Part shown: in pieces, positions 49,854 to 58,616 of the stretch
Layout of the letters: each line of letters starts with the position of its first letter
Position numbering within the stretch: the stretch's first letter is position 1
From: Desulfosudaceae bacterium
GTDB lineage: Bacteria; Desulfobacterota; Desulfobacteria; Desulfobacterales; Desulfosudaceae
Length of the DNA: 64,000 nucleotides
NCBI GenBank assembly: GCA_963674745.2
Contig: CAXXDV010000001.1
Location: forward strand, 704,001-768,000
Reading direction: 5' to 3'
The notes under the pieces: generated by a model
What the model saw: only the letters and a program-made list of their open reading frames with translations
The model's database searches: none
Told to the model about the DNA's origin: nothing
Position numbers and translations under genes: made by a program

Positions 49854-51495
49854 CTACTTCCTCCTCTGCTCCCAGGGGTTCGCCGCGCAGGTTCATTTCT
49901 CTTGGCCCTTCTTCTCCCGGAAAGACAAGGGCATTGGCAACCAGCTCATGCAAGCCGATCACGTCCACCTCCGGAACCCAGTATTCCATCAGCGCGGGGA
50001 ATACCGCCCGATCAATCGCACAGATGCAGCCCAGCATATTTACGCCATGTTTTTCATGTACATATTTGACCGCGTTGGCTCTGGGCAGGCCGCCGGACAT
50101 GCGCAGTTCCATATCTTCACCGGCGTTGAGTCCGGCACCACTGCCGCAGCAGAAAGTCTGTTCCCGAATGGTGTTCGGCGGCATCTCGTAAAAATGGTTA
50201 CAAACATTATTGATGACATATCTTGGTTCATCCAGCAGCCCCATCCCCCGGGCCGGGTTGCAGGAATCATGGAAGGTCAGCTTGACGTAATCATTCCTTG
50301 AAGGATCAAGCTTTAACTTGTCATGCTTGATCAGATCGGCGGTAAATTCCGCGATATGAACCATTTTAGTGGCATTGGCATTCTCAAAATGGGTGCCTGT
50401 AATGGGTGACACCGGTTCTTCCAGAAAGTCGGCCGGTCCGTTCATGGTCGCCATGTACTGATGAATGACCCGCCACATGTGACCGCACTCACCGCCCAGA
50501 ATCCATTTAACACCCAGCCGTTTGGCTTCGGCATACATCTTGGCATTCAACCGTTTCATGGTTTCATGGGAGGTAAAAAATCCGAAATTGCCGCCCTCAG
50601 AAGCGTAGGTGCTCCAGGTCACATCAAGACCGTAGACCTTCTTCAGATAATCAAACAGCATCATGTAGCCCATGCAGGTATAGGTTCCCGGATCGGCGAA
50701 CACATCACCCGATGGGGTAATAAAAAGGATGTCGGCCCCTTTTTTGTTCAACTGCGGCGGATCGATTTTTATGCCCGTGAACTCTTCAATATCCTCGACA
50801 AAAAAGTCCAGCATATCTTTGAAGGCATGGGGCTGAATACCGAGATGGTTGCCTGTCCGGTAGCAGTTGGCTACCGGGGTAGCGATCCAGTCAATATTAA
50901 GACCGATCAGGTTCAGCAGTTCCCGGCCCATAATGGTAATTTCAGCGGTATCAATCCCGTACGGGCAGAATACCGAACAGCGGCGGCATTCCGTGCATTG
51001 AAAAAAGTAGTACCACCACTCCTTGAGCACATCCAGGGTCAGTTCCCGCGCGCCGGAGATATGCTTGCCGAACAGTTTATGCATAACCTTGCCGGCCATG
51101 GTAAAATCGTTGCGATAAACCGACCGTAACAGCTCGGCTCTTAATACCGGCATGTTTTTGGGATCGCCGGTTCCAAGAAAAAAGTGGCATTTATCGGCGC
51201 AGGCCCCGCAGCGCACGCAAATATCCATGAAGACCTTGAAGGTCCGGAACCGTTCCAGCCGCTCTTTAAAGCCTTCATGAAGAATCTGCTGCCAGTTTTC
51301 AGGAAGCTTCCAGTCATCCTCCAACGGATTCCAGCTTCTGGGGTACGGCAGCCCTACATATTCAACGCTTTTCGGATTTGACGCGTAGCAGTACATGCCT
51401 TCCTTGATGACAACCGGCGTATCCATCCACCCCGTCCGGGGCGTTCGGTGATCCGTCCTTGCCAGCAGTTCATCCGGTTTAATATCATTTCCCAT
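49843..51495 (-). CDS. dsrK: DsrK (HdrD-like Fe-S subunit)
   Basis: CVRCGACADKC, CTECRRCSVFCP, GECGH, HDSC, CCGSG. Confidence 0.96.
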   Translation of the reverse strand: MGNDIKPDELLARTDHRTPRTGWMDTPVVIKEGMYCYASNPKSVEYVGLPYPRSWNPLEDDWKLPENWQQILHEGFKERLERFRTFKVFMDICVRCGACADKCHFFLGTGDPKNMPVLRAELLRSVYRNDFTMAGKVMHKLFGKHISGARELTLDVLKEWWYYFFQCTECRRCSVFCPYGIDTAEITIMGRELLNLIGLNIDWIATPVANCYRTGNHLGIQPHAFKDMLDFFVEDIEEFTGIKIDPPQLNKKGADILFITPSGDVFADPGTYTCMGYMMLFDYLKKVYGLDVTWSTYASEGGNFGFFTSHETMKRLNAKMYAEAKRLGVKWILGGECGHMWRVIHQYMATMNGPADFLEEPVSPITGTHFENANATKMVHIAEFTADLIKHDKLKLDPSRNDYVKLTFHDSCNPARGMGLLDEPRYVINNVCNHFYEMPPNTIREQTFCCGSGAGLNAGEDMELRMSGGLPRANAVKYVHEKHGVNMLGCICAIDRAVFPALMEYWVPEVDVIGLHELVANALVFPGEEGPREMNLRGEPLGAEEEVDEE

Positions 51496-51498
51496 CGA

Positions 51499-52524
51499 TT
51501 ACTCCTTTTCCAGTGGTAGACCAACATCTTTCATCTTTTCCCTGAACTCATCCTCATACTCATCATAGGTATGGGTATGCACGTCGTAGTTCCAGGGATT
51601 AATATGTCTTATCGCGCGGGTGGTATTGGCCATATTGCGCGTCGGTGACAGGAATATGCCGCCAGCGTGCATCAGTTTGCTGTAAGGGAAATAGGCCACC
51701 AGCGTGCTGACCAGGATTAGATGGACATAAAAAAGCGCGCCCACGCCTTCCGGTGTGTTGGGGCTCAATGTTACCAGGCCCATGGCAAAGGCTTTAATGG
51801 ACAGAATATCCACTTTGGCAAAATACCGCATCAGGATACCCGTAGCAGCAATACCGATAATCAGAAACAGCGGAAAATAATCCGAAGCAAGCGATACATA
51901 TTTTACCTGCCCCAGAAAGACTCTTCTGCCCAGAAGCACCAGCAGAGCAGCCAGCAGCACCAGACCGGACATATACACCCCGGGCAGGCCGATGACAAAA
52001 TACGGCGAGAAGAATTCCAAACGGAAGAATGAATCGGCATTCTCCAGAAGCTGGATAACCCAGGGAACCGGTTCAAAGAAAAACCGCATATGCCGCAAAA
52101 GCACCACGGCAAACGCGTAATGAAACGCCAGCGCCGTTACCCAGAGAACGATCTCCCACCGATAGGAGAGCCGGTAATCATCTTTGAACTTGGCCTTGGT
52201 GTTCCGAAACAGTGAACGAAACAAAAAGACCTCAAAGAACATACGGATCAAAACACCGAGGGTCGTGTTCGGATTATCAATCTTATTCTGCTTGATCCAG
52301 GGAAGGCTTTTCTGCTGACCGCAGGTGGTGGGGATGCGGAAAGGGACGGCGGAGTTTGCCCAGCTCAGCACTTTTCGGACTACCCCGACAACAAACAGCA
52401 GGATCGCCAGATATGGAATGATTACGCCGAAAAAGGCTGTCATCCCCAGGGCATCAACCCCTATCCAGGTCAGCAGGATGAGAATCACAACTGTCGCAAA
52501 AGAAAACAGATAACTTACATTCAT
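51499..52524 (-). CDS. dsrM: DsrM (NarI-like cytochrome b)
   Basis: PFRIPTTCGQQKSL, FH..RH, PYSKLMHAGG, RHINPWN. Confidence 0.95.
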   Translation of the reverse strand: MNVSYLFSFATVVILILLTWIGVDALGMTAFFGVIIPYLAILLFVVGVVRKVLSWANSAVPFRIPTTCGQQKSLPWIKQNKIDNPNTTLGVLIRMFFEVFLFRSLFRNTKAKFKDDYRLSYRWEIVLWVTALAFHYAFAVVLLRHMRFFFEPVPWVIQLLENADSFFRLEFFSPYFVIGLPGVYMSGLVLLAALLVLLGRRVFLGQVKYVSLASDYFPLFLIIGIAATGILMRYFAKVDILSIKAFAMGLVTLSPNTPEGVGALFYVHLILVSTLVAYFPYSKLMHAGGIFLSPTRNMANTTRAIRHINPWNYDVHTHTYDEYEDEFREKMKDVGLPLEKE

Positions 52525-52591
52525 CAACTGCACCTCTCTATAAAAATTTCATCAACTCATTACGGCCGCAGCCGGTAACTTTTTCAATAGG

Positions 52592-53104
52592 TCAGGCATC
52601 CGTTTCCGGGCCGACCATCAGCCCCGCTCTTTCAAACGCCTTGAACGTCCTGTTCCTGACCTCATAGGCCTGGATTTTAAAAATCTTTTCGCGGCACTCC
52701 ACGTACTTATTAAAACCGATCAAGGCCAGCTCATCAATTTTCTGATCAACCTGCCTGATTTTCTCGGCATTATCCGCCTTTTTACCGACGACATCCCTGA
52801 TAATTTGTTTTAAAAGGAAAATAAACGAAACGGCCTGGGCAGGCGTAAAATCCTGCACCGCCCGTACCCGAATGGCGGGATCCAGGCTTTCCGCCAGATC
52901 ATCATTAGATGCCTGGCCGGCCAGCCCTTCAACAACTTTGGTCAGACTTTCCGAAAGCATACCGGACACGGGATTGGCGAAACGATTTTTTTCCTTTAAA
53001 AAAAAGGATGCCGCTTCTGCCTGATAGGACTTCAGCGCGGCCTCGAGCCATTTTTTGGCAATTGCCTCTTCATGCCCGGATATCAGTGTTTCAATTTGTG
53101 TCAT
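52592..53104 (-). CDS. dsrT: DsrT (RsbRD N-terminal-like)
   Basis: RFANPV, IRVRAVQDFTPAQAV, Y..CREKI; directly upstream of dsrM. Confidence 0.85.
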   Translation of the reverse strand: MTQIETLISGHEEAIAKKWLEAALKSYQAEAASFFLKEKNRFANPVSGMLSESLTKVVEGLAGQASNDDLAESLDPAIRVRAVQDFTPAQAVSFIFLLKQIIRDVVGKKADNAEKIRQVDQKIDELALIGFNKYVECREKIFKIQAYEVRNRTFKAFERAGLMVGPETDA

Positions 53105-53389
53105 GACTGTTTTTACAACCTGGCCGAATCTCAGCGGCTTTCGAAATTCACCGCTCGACCCGCCCGTTTTAAGGACAATGTTGGAACCGAAAAAAGACGG
53201 CACTCATCCTTTATGAATAAAAAGTTTTATATAACCAAGCATCTTGGCCCTGTCAAGTAAAAAGGAAGCCTTTGCATCCTTATCATTTTTCAAATTATTG
53301 CAGGCTGGTTAAGAAGCCACCGGGATCGTCCGAATTATTGGCTTGACATGAAGTGTCGGAAGGTGATATCCATTTTTTATTTTTCAGAC

Positions 53390-53466
53390 CGGGGCGTGGC
53401 GCAGTCTGGTAGCGCACTTGCATGGGGTGCAAGGAGTCGCAGGTTCAAATCCTGCCGCCCCGACCA
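53390..53466 (+). tRNA. tRNA-Pro (GGG)
   Basis: CGGGGCG acceptor, cttgc-atggggt-gcaag anticodon arm, GGTTCAAATCC, 3' CCA; 77 nt. Confidence 0.96.
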
Positions 53467-53475
53467 CACACTTCT

Positions 53476-54018
53476 TCATAACAGTTGTTTCCCACAGAGG
53501 TGCTTCAGCTTCGACAAAGCATCAGGATCATCAATAGAAACAATTGCTTCCGGCCCTAAAAGCCATTTCCGACAGACCGGTTCGACCAGCGATTTTCGGA
53601 CAATCCAGAAGTGTCCGGCCCTCGTGAGGGTCAGCAACGGAGCCAGTTGCCCGGCCCACCCCGATCCGGCCAGTTCCAGCTGGCCGATCTCATCCACTAC
53701 GATCCAGTCCGCCGAACAGCAGCGGCTTATTGACAGGGCTTCTTTTCCGGCCGCCAGCCCCTGATCGAAAAAGGTAAACCCCGTAGCCGCGTCGTTGGCA
53801 GGGGCAGGGTTGCGCCGGGCCAGTGGCGTGACGCGATCGTTGCCCAGGTCGACCAGATCAAACCCCGATCGCTGATTGCTCTGCCAGTGTCCGCGGGCGA
53901 TGATGCCGGCCACTTTACCCCCCTGTTGTTTCATCCAGTCGATTAGCGCTTCGGCCAGGGTGGTTTTTCCGGACTGGGTATCGCCGGTGATAATGATCAC
54001 CCGCGGTCGCTCATTCAT
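53476..54018 (-). CDS. P-loop NTPase (NTPase_1 / DUF2478-like)
   Basis: GDTQSGKT, GFDLVDL, IVVDEIGQLE; start overlaps the ABC ATPase end. Confidence 0.85.
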   Translation of the reverse strand: MNERPRVIIITGDTQSGKTTLAEALIDWMKQQGGKVAGIIARGHWQSNQRSGFDLVDLGNDRVTPLARRNPAPANDAATGFTFFDQGLAAGKEALSISRCCSADWIVVDEIGQLELAGSGWAGQLAPLLTLTRAGHFWIVRKSLVEPVCRKWLLGPEAIVSIDDPDALSKLKHLCGKQLL

Positions 54019-54799
54019 CAAAAATCGCTTTCGGCAGAAACACCTGCCTGTTGCCGGAAATGTTGACGGCCATGGTTTCGGCTTCATACAACCGGTCCAT
54101 GTTGATTTTTGTCATGACTTCGGCTGTCGGGCCGGACACGATGACCCGGCCGTCCTGAAGCATGATGACCTGATCGGCGAAAAGCATGGCCAGGTTGGGG
54201 TCGTGCATGGCAGCCACCACGCTGATGCCCCGGGTCCGGCAAATGGTCTTAATGGTTGTCAGCAACCGGTACTGATTGTGAAAATCCAGGTGGTTGGTGG
54301 GCTCATCCAGCAGCAGCACATCGTTGGTCTGGACCAGCGCCCCGGCCAGCAGGGCCATCTGCCGCTCCCCACCGGAAATCCGGTTAAAATTGCAGCCGGC
54401 CAAATGCCCGGCATTGAGCATGTCCAGCGCCGATTCCGCCATGGCATAGTCTTCCGCTTTGGGACTGGCGGTCATACCCAGGTAGGGCGCCCGGCCCATG
54501 ACCACCACTTCCAGGACGGTAAACGGAAAGATATCGACATGTTCCTGGGGTACCAGGCTGACGTTCCTGGCCACCGCCTGACGTGGCAGGGTACTCAAAT
54601 CAATGCCGTTGACCGTCACACTCCCTGCGCAGGGCATCAAAATGGTATTCAGACAATGCAGAAGCGTTGTTTTGCCCGAGCCGTTGCGGCCCAGCAGGGC
54701 ACAGAATACGCCCGCTTCAATATCAAACGAGATATCAGTCAAAATGGGACGGCCGTTGTACTTAAACCCGATTGACCGGCAGGACAGTTTTACATCCAT
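54011..54799 (-). CDS. Type II ABC importer ATPase (FecE/BtuD-like)
   Basis: GRNGSGKT, ISGGERQ, LLDEPTNHLD, MHDPNLA. Confidence 0.93.
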   Translation of the reverse strand: MDVKLSCRSIGFKYNGRPILTDISFDIEAGVFCALLGRNGSGKTTLLHCLNTILMPCAGSVTVNGIDLSTLPRQAVARNVSLVPQEHVDIFPFTVLEVVVMGRAPYLGMTASPKAEDYAMAESALDMLNAGHLAGCNFNRISGGERQMALLAGALVQTNDVLLLDEPTNHLDFHNQYRLLTTIKTICRTRGISVVAAMHDPNLAMLFADQVIMLQDGRVIVSGPTAEVMTKINMDRLYEAETMAVNISGNRQVFLPKAIFDE

Positions 54800-55842
54800 C
54801 CGCTCCCCCTGTTCCTGAAAAGCAGATAGGCGAAAATCGGGGCCCCGGCCAGGGCGGTGATAATGCCCACGGGGATTTCACTGGTCGTCAGGCTGCGGGC
54901 CGCGTCATCGGCCGCCAGCAGCAGAATACTGCCCAGCAGGGCCGTGACGGGCAACATGTGCTTGTGATCGGGCCCGACCAGGGTGCGGGCGATATGGGGC
55001 ACCACCAGGCCGATCCAGGCGATCTGCCCGCAGACCGACACGGTGATGGCCACGATCAGGGAGCTGGCGGAAATCAACACAAACCGGAACAGGCGGGGTT
55101 CAACCCCGTGTGCCCTGGCCTGGAGATCGCCCAACGAAAGAATGTTCAAACGAAACCGCATCAGCAGAAATAACACCAGGATCCCAAGACAAAAGGGTGC
55201 GGTAATGATGACATCGGTCCAGGTCACCCGGGTCAGGCTGCCCATGATCCAGAAAACGATTGTGGGCAGTTCTTCAAGCGGGTCGGAAAAATATTTAACC
55301 ACCATCAGCAGTGCATTAAAGAACGAGAGCACCACCATACCGGCCAGCACCAGCACGATGACCGGTTTAACGGCTACCAGGCGGGCGATGCCCAGGGCGG
55401 TATAAACCGCCAGCAGCCCAAAGGCAAAAGACAGCAGATGGACCAGCGCAAAGGAATGGCCGGGCATTACCAGTCCAAGGGCGGCGCCGAAGGTACAACC
55501 GGCCGCCACACCCAGGATATCCGGCGATACCAGGGGGTTTCTGAAAAGCCCCTGGTAAACGGCACCGGACAGGGACAGGCTCATGCCGACCATGATCGCC
55601 ATCAGGCACCGGGGAACCCGCAACCACCAGATCACCATGGCATCGGCCGTCAGGGGTTCCGTCGAAAAATTACCGGACAGGAGGCGGGATAAAAACGTCG
55701 CCAGTTCACTACCGGCCACGTTGAATCGGCCCATTGAAAGGGAGGCGACAAAGAGGAGCACCAGCACCAGAAACAGGATGATGATCAGTTTTCCGGGACC
55801 GCCCAAGGGGCTGTTACCGGAAGATCGGGATTCAAAAGTCAT
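54790..55842 (-). CDS. Type II ABC importer permease (FecCD/BtuC-like)
   Basis: LRVPR, QGLFRNPLVSPDILG, FWIMGS, IGLVVPHIAR, EIPVGI. Confidence 0.93.
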   Translation of the reverse strand: MTFESRSSGNSPLGGPGKLIIILFLVLVLLFVASLSMGRFNVAGSELATFLSRLLSGNFSTEPLTADAMVIWWLRVPRCLMAIMVGMSLSLSGAVYQGLFRNPLVSPDILGVAAGCTFGAALGLVMPGHSFALVHLLSFAFGLLAVYTALGIARLVAVKPVIVLVLAGMVVLSFFNALLMVVKYFSDPLEELPTIVFWIMGSLTRVTWTDVIITAPFCLGILVLFLLMRFRLNILSLGDLQARAHGVEPRLFRFVLISASSLIVAITVSVCGQIAWIGLVVPHIARTLVGPDHKHMLPVTALLGSILLLAADDAARSLTTSEIPVGIITALAGAPIFAYLLFRNRGSGWM

Positions 55843-56897
55843 TGTCTGCCCAATATGTTATCTGCCAGTTCACCGCCCATGTCGCTCAGGGACTGACCGA
55901 ACAGGTCCCGGTGAAATTGATTGATCATTTTCATGGTCTGGCCCTGATCAAAATGATCGGGATAGGCCTTTGCCGCCAGCCAGAGGGTGGCCAGAACAGA
56001 CAGCGGGGAGGGGAAATCCCAGGGCGACAGGGTGGACGGGAAACGATAAACAGCCTTATCGGCCACTGCCGGGACACCTTGAAAAACAGGGCTGCCCAGA
56101 CGCCGGGTCACGCTGCTGTCCAGACTCTGGGAGAGCACCATCACATCCGGGTTCCAGCGGATGAATTGTTCCGGCGACACTTCCTGAAAATAGCCGGAAA
56201 GGTCATGGGAAACGTTGACCAGACCGGCCGTGGCCAGGATTTCGTCCTGGAGCATATTACCGCTGGTGGTGCTGAACAAACCGCGCGGCGAAGCGTAGTA
56301 AACGCGTTTCTTTTTTTCAATCACCGGCCCGGCCAGTTTTTCTTTCACCAGGGCAAGAACGTCATCCATCCTGGATGCTGCCGGAATCAGGCTTTCATCA
56401 TCTCCCACCGCACGGGTAATGAGTTCCAGGGCCTGCTTGATACTGTCAAATGTTTCCGGGACAATAATGATCGCCGGGATGCCCAGATGCTGCAGGCGGT
56501 CGGCCAGCGCACGCCCGTCTTTCTGGGCGTAAAGAATCACCAGGTCCGGCTTGACCGATAAGATGGTCTCCAGGTTCAAGCCGGCTGATTTCTTGCCGAC
56601 GGCGGGGACACCGGCCACACCGGGATATACTGCCTGATGAAGCCGGTCTTTTCGGGAATCGGTATCAATACCGACCAGTTTTTTCTGCAACCCAAGGCAG
56701 AAGACACACAGGGTTGCAGGCTTATATGTGGTCACCAGGCGATTGACCGGCCCGTTTATGGTAACAGGACGTCCGGCCATATCGGTTATCACGCGACCGC
56801 GGGTTTTGTCCTGAGCCATGGCCGGGAGCGACAGAAACGTAATCAGCAATAGCAACCCGCTGATCCTGACGGCTTTAGTAAATCGTGTGCTTATCAT
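55839..56897 (-). CDS. Class III periplasmic binding protein (BtuF/MolA-like fold)
   Basis: Signal peptide, ITDMAGRPVTI, NLETILSVKPDLV, VSPEQFIRWNPDV, WDFPSP..WLAAKAYPDHF. Confidence 0.9.
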   Translation of the reverse strand: MISTRFTKAVRISGLLLLITFLSLPAMAQDKTRGRVITDMAGRPVTINGPVNRLVTTYKPATLCVFCLGLQKKLVGIDTDSRKDRLHQAVYPGVAGVPAVGKKSAGLNLETILSVKPDLVILYAQKDGRALADRLQHLGIPAIIIVPETFDSIKQALELITRAVGDDESLIPAASRMDDVLALVKEKLAGPVIEKKKRVYYASPRGLFSTTSGNMLQDEILATAGLVNVSHDLSGYFQEVSPEQFIRWNPDVMVLSQSLDSSVTRRLGSPVFQGVPAVADKAVYRFPSTLSPWDFPSPLSVLATLWLAAKAYPDHFDQGQTMKMINQFHRDLFGQSLSDMGGELADNILGRQ

Positions 56898-57006
56898 TTC
56901 GCCATCCTCATGTCATGATTTGGGTCCGAATATACCATCAATCGGCGCTAACGCCAAGAGAGAGGGAAAATCCGCCGCGCCTAAATTGAAAATAAAACCG
57001 GTATTG

Positions 57007-57885
57007 TTATTTTCTGGTCGTCACAACCGAGACGATCAGGTAAGCCAGAAATGTGAGAATCATGAACGCGTAAACACCGAAAAAAAGCTCATGAAGCGGA
57101 TTTTCAACAACGGTGATGACGGCGCCGACAGCGGGAACACCCGTGTCCGGCAGCGACTTTTCAGGGATTAGAAAAAAACGGTTAAGGGTAACACGAAAAG
57201 CGCCCCGTCGATAGGGCTTTAATAAACAGGCGCGCCCGCCTTGAATTGTTGCGCCTTCCCTGGAAACGGAAAAATCGATATAATTATCCTTCAGCCTGAC
57301 GCGGTCCCGGGTCAACAATTGGCGGCGTTGTTGACGGTCTTTATGCTGCAGAACAGAAGCAAAGGAACAGCTTGCCGATTTCAGTTCAATGGTGGTGCCA
57401 TCCGGTAAACCGTTGCTCTGCCCGGGCAGCAGTTCCATGTTGGATGACTTAAACCCGATGGCCATGTGCGCCCCATGCCCGATCATCACCAGCCCGATAA
57501 GCACATGCAGGGTAAAGAGCAGCAGCGGTCTTGCCCCGCTGTTCAAGCGGATTTTCAGGGCCGGTTGCATGAAGCAGCAACAGGCGAGGTTGATAAACAG
57601 CAATCCGGACAACCCCATCAGCACGATCAGCCAGCCGCTGATCAGCGGGTGCGAGGCGGCGCTGTTTCCCAGCCAGGACAGGATCAGTTCATCGTTCATG
57701 CCCTTGATAATGCTGTCCGCAACCGGATGCCGGGTCAGCAGGATCCCCATGCCCAGCCACAGGGCCAGGGCGGCCATGAGCACAAAGCAAAATGACAGTG
57801 ACGACAGGTGCTCAACCAGCCCCCGGAAAACGGATGCCCGGCTTTCGGTAAGGGTTATTTCGCCAGCGCCGTTTTTGATTACCAT
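57007..57885 (-). CDS. ResB/CcsB-like membrane protein (short, divergent)
   Basis: TM1, TM2 with LFINLACC, TM3 with LHVLIG, beta-rich soluble region, ENP before the last TM; starts in the ccsA-like stop region. Confidence 0.68.
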   Translation of the reverse strand: MVIKNGAGEITLTESRASVFRGLVEHLSSLSFCFVLMAALALWLGMGILLTRHPVADSIIKGMNDELILSWLGNSAASHPLISGWLIVLMGLSGLLFINLACCCFMQPALKIRLNSGARPLLLFTLHVLIGLVMIGHGAHMAIGFKSSNMELLPGQSNGLPDGTTIELKSASCSFASVLQHKDRQQRRQLLTRDRVRLKDNYIDFSVSREGATIQGGRACLLKPYRRGAFRVTLNRFFLIPEKSLPDTGVPAVGAVITVVENPLHELFFGVYAFMILTFLAYLIVSVVTTRK

Positions 57886-58604
57886 ATGAACAACCCCGTG
57901 ACGGCCGCCGCCGTTCCCAGGTGAAGGCCAAACCGCCATGGCGTCCGACGGGCCAGGGATACCGGGAGGTGAAAGTTGAGCATGAAAAGAAAAAAGACCA
58001 TGGCGGACTCAAAGAAGTTGTCGCTCCAGTGCCAGGAGTCCCCCCAACCCAGCAGGCACCAGACGGATCCGGACAGCTCACTGCATAAAAAAGTAATGGC
58101 ACCGGCCATGAACAACTGCCGGTCGAAATCCTGCCGACCGCTGCTGAGTGCGGCCGTCAACCCCAGGGTCGCGGTCAGCATGACACCGGCTGAAAGCTGT
58201 TTAAAGAAAAAAAACCCCTGGGCCAGGGGGCTGACATACATAAAATAATCATGATTCAGTTGCAGCCTGGCCAGGCCCCCCAGGGCGCAGAGCAGGGTCA
58301 GCGCCAGCCCGAACAGAACAAGAACCGCCCGGTCATCCCGGTAGCGGGGCCTTGCCACCAGCAGACCGGCCAGTGTCCAGCCCAGCACCGAGATCGATTC
58401 ATATCCGCCGACAAGGGGAAGCCGATGAAGGGAAAAAGCAAACACCCCGATATGAATGGACAGCAGAATAAAACCGGTCGCAGCGGGGAAAACGGCCGGG
58501 CGCATCCTGTTTCCCGGTCCGGCCAAAACGGCGGTGAGCAAAAAGCACACCGCCGCGGCAAGGAACATCATTGTGGCACCCGGGATAATAGTAATTCCTG
58601 TCAT
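57879..58604 (-). CDS. CcsA/ResC-like WWD-domain membrane protein (divergent)
   Basis: RLPLVGGYESI, SGSVWCLLGWGDSWHWS, then ESAMV..NFH. Confidence 0.78.
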   Translation of the reverse strand: MTGITIIPGATMMFLAAAVCFLLTAVLAGPGNRMRPAVFPAATGFILLSIHIGVFAFSLHRLPLVGGYESISVLGWTLAGLLVARPRYRDDRAVLVLFGLALTLLCALGGLARLQLNHDYFMYVSPLAQGFFFFKQLSAGVMLTATLGLTAALSSGRQDFDRQLFMAGAITFLCSELSGSVWCLLGWGDSWHWSDNFFESAMVFFLFMLNFHLPVSLARRTPWRFGLHLGTAAAVTGLFIW

Positions 58605-58616
58605 ATTATCCTGCTA

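Noticed and set aside
53348..53764. 138-aa plus-strand ORF
   Set aside because: Overlaps tRNA-Pro and is antisense to the NTPase gene.
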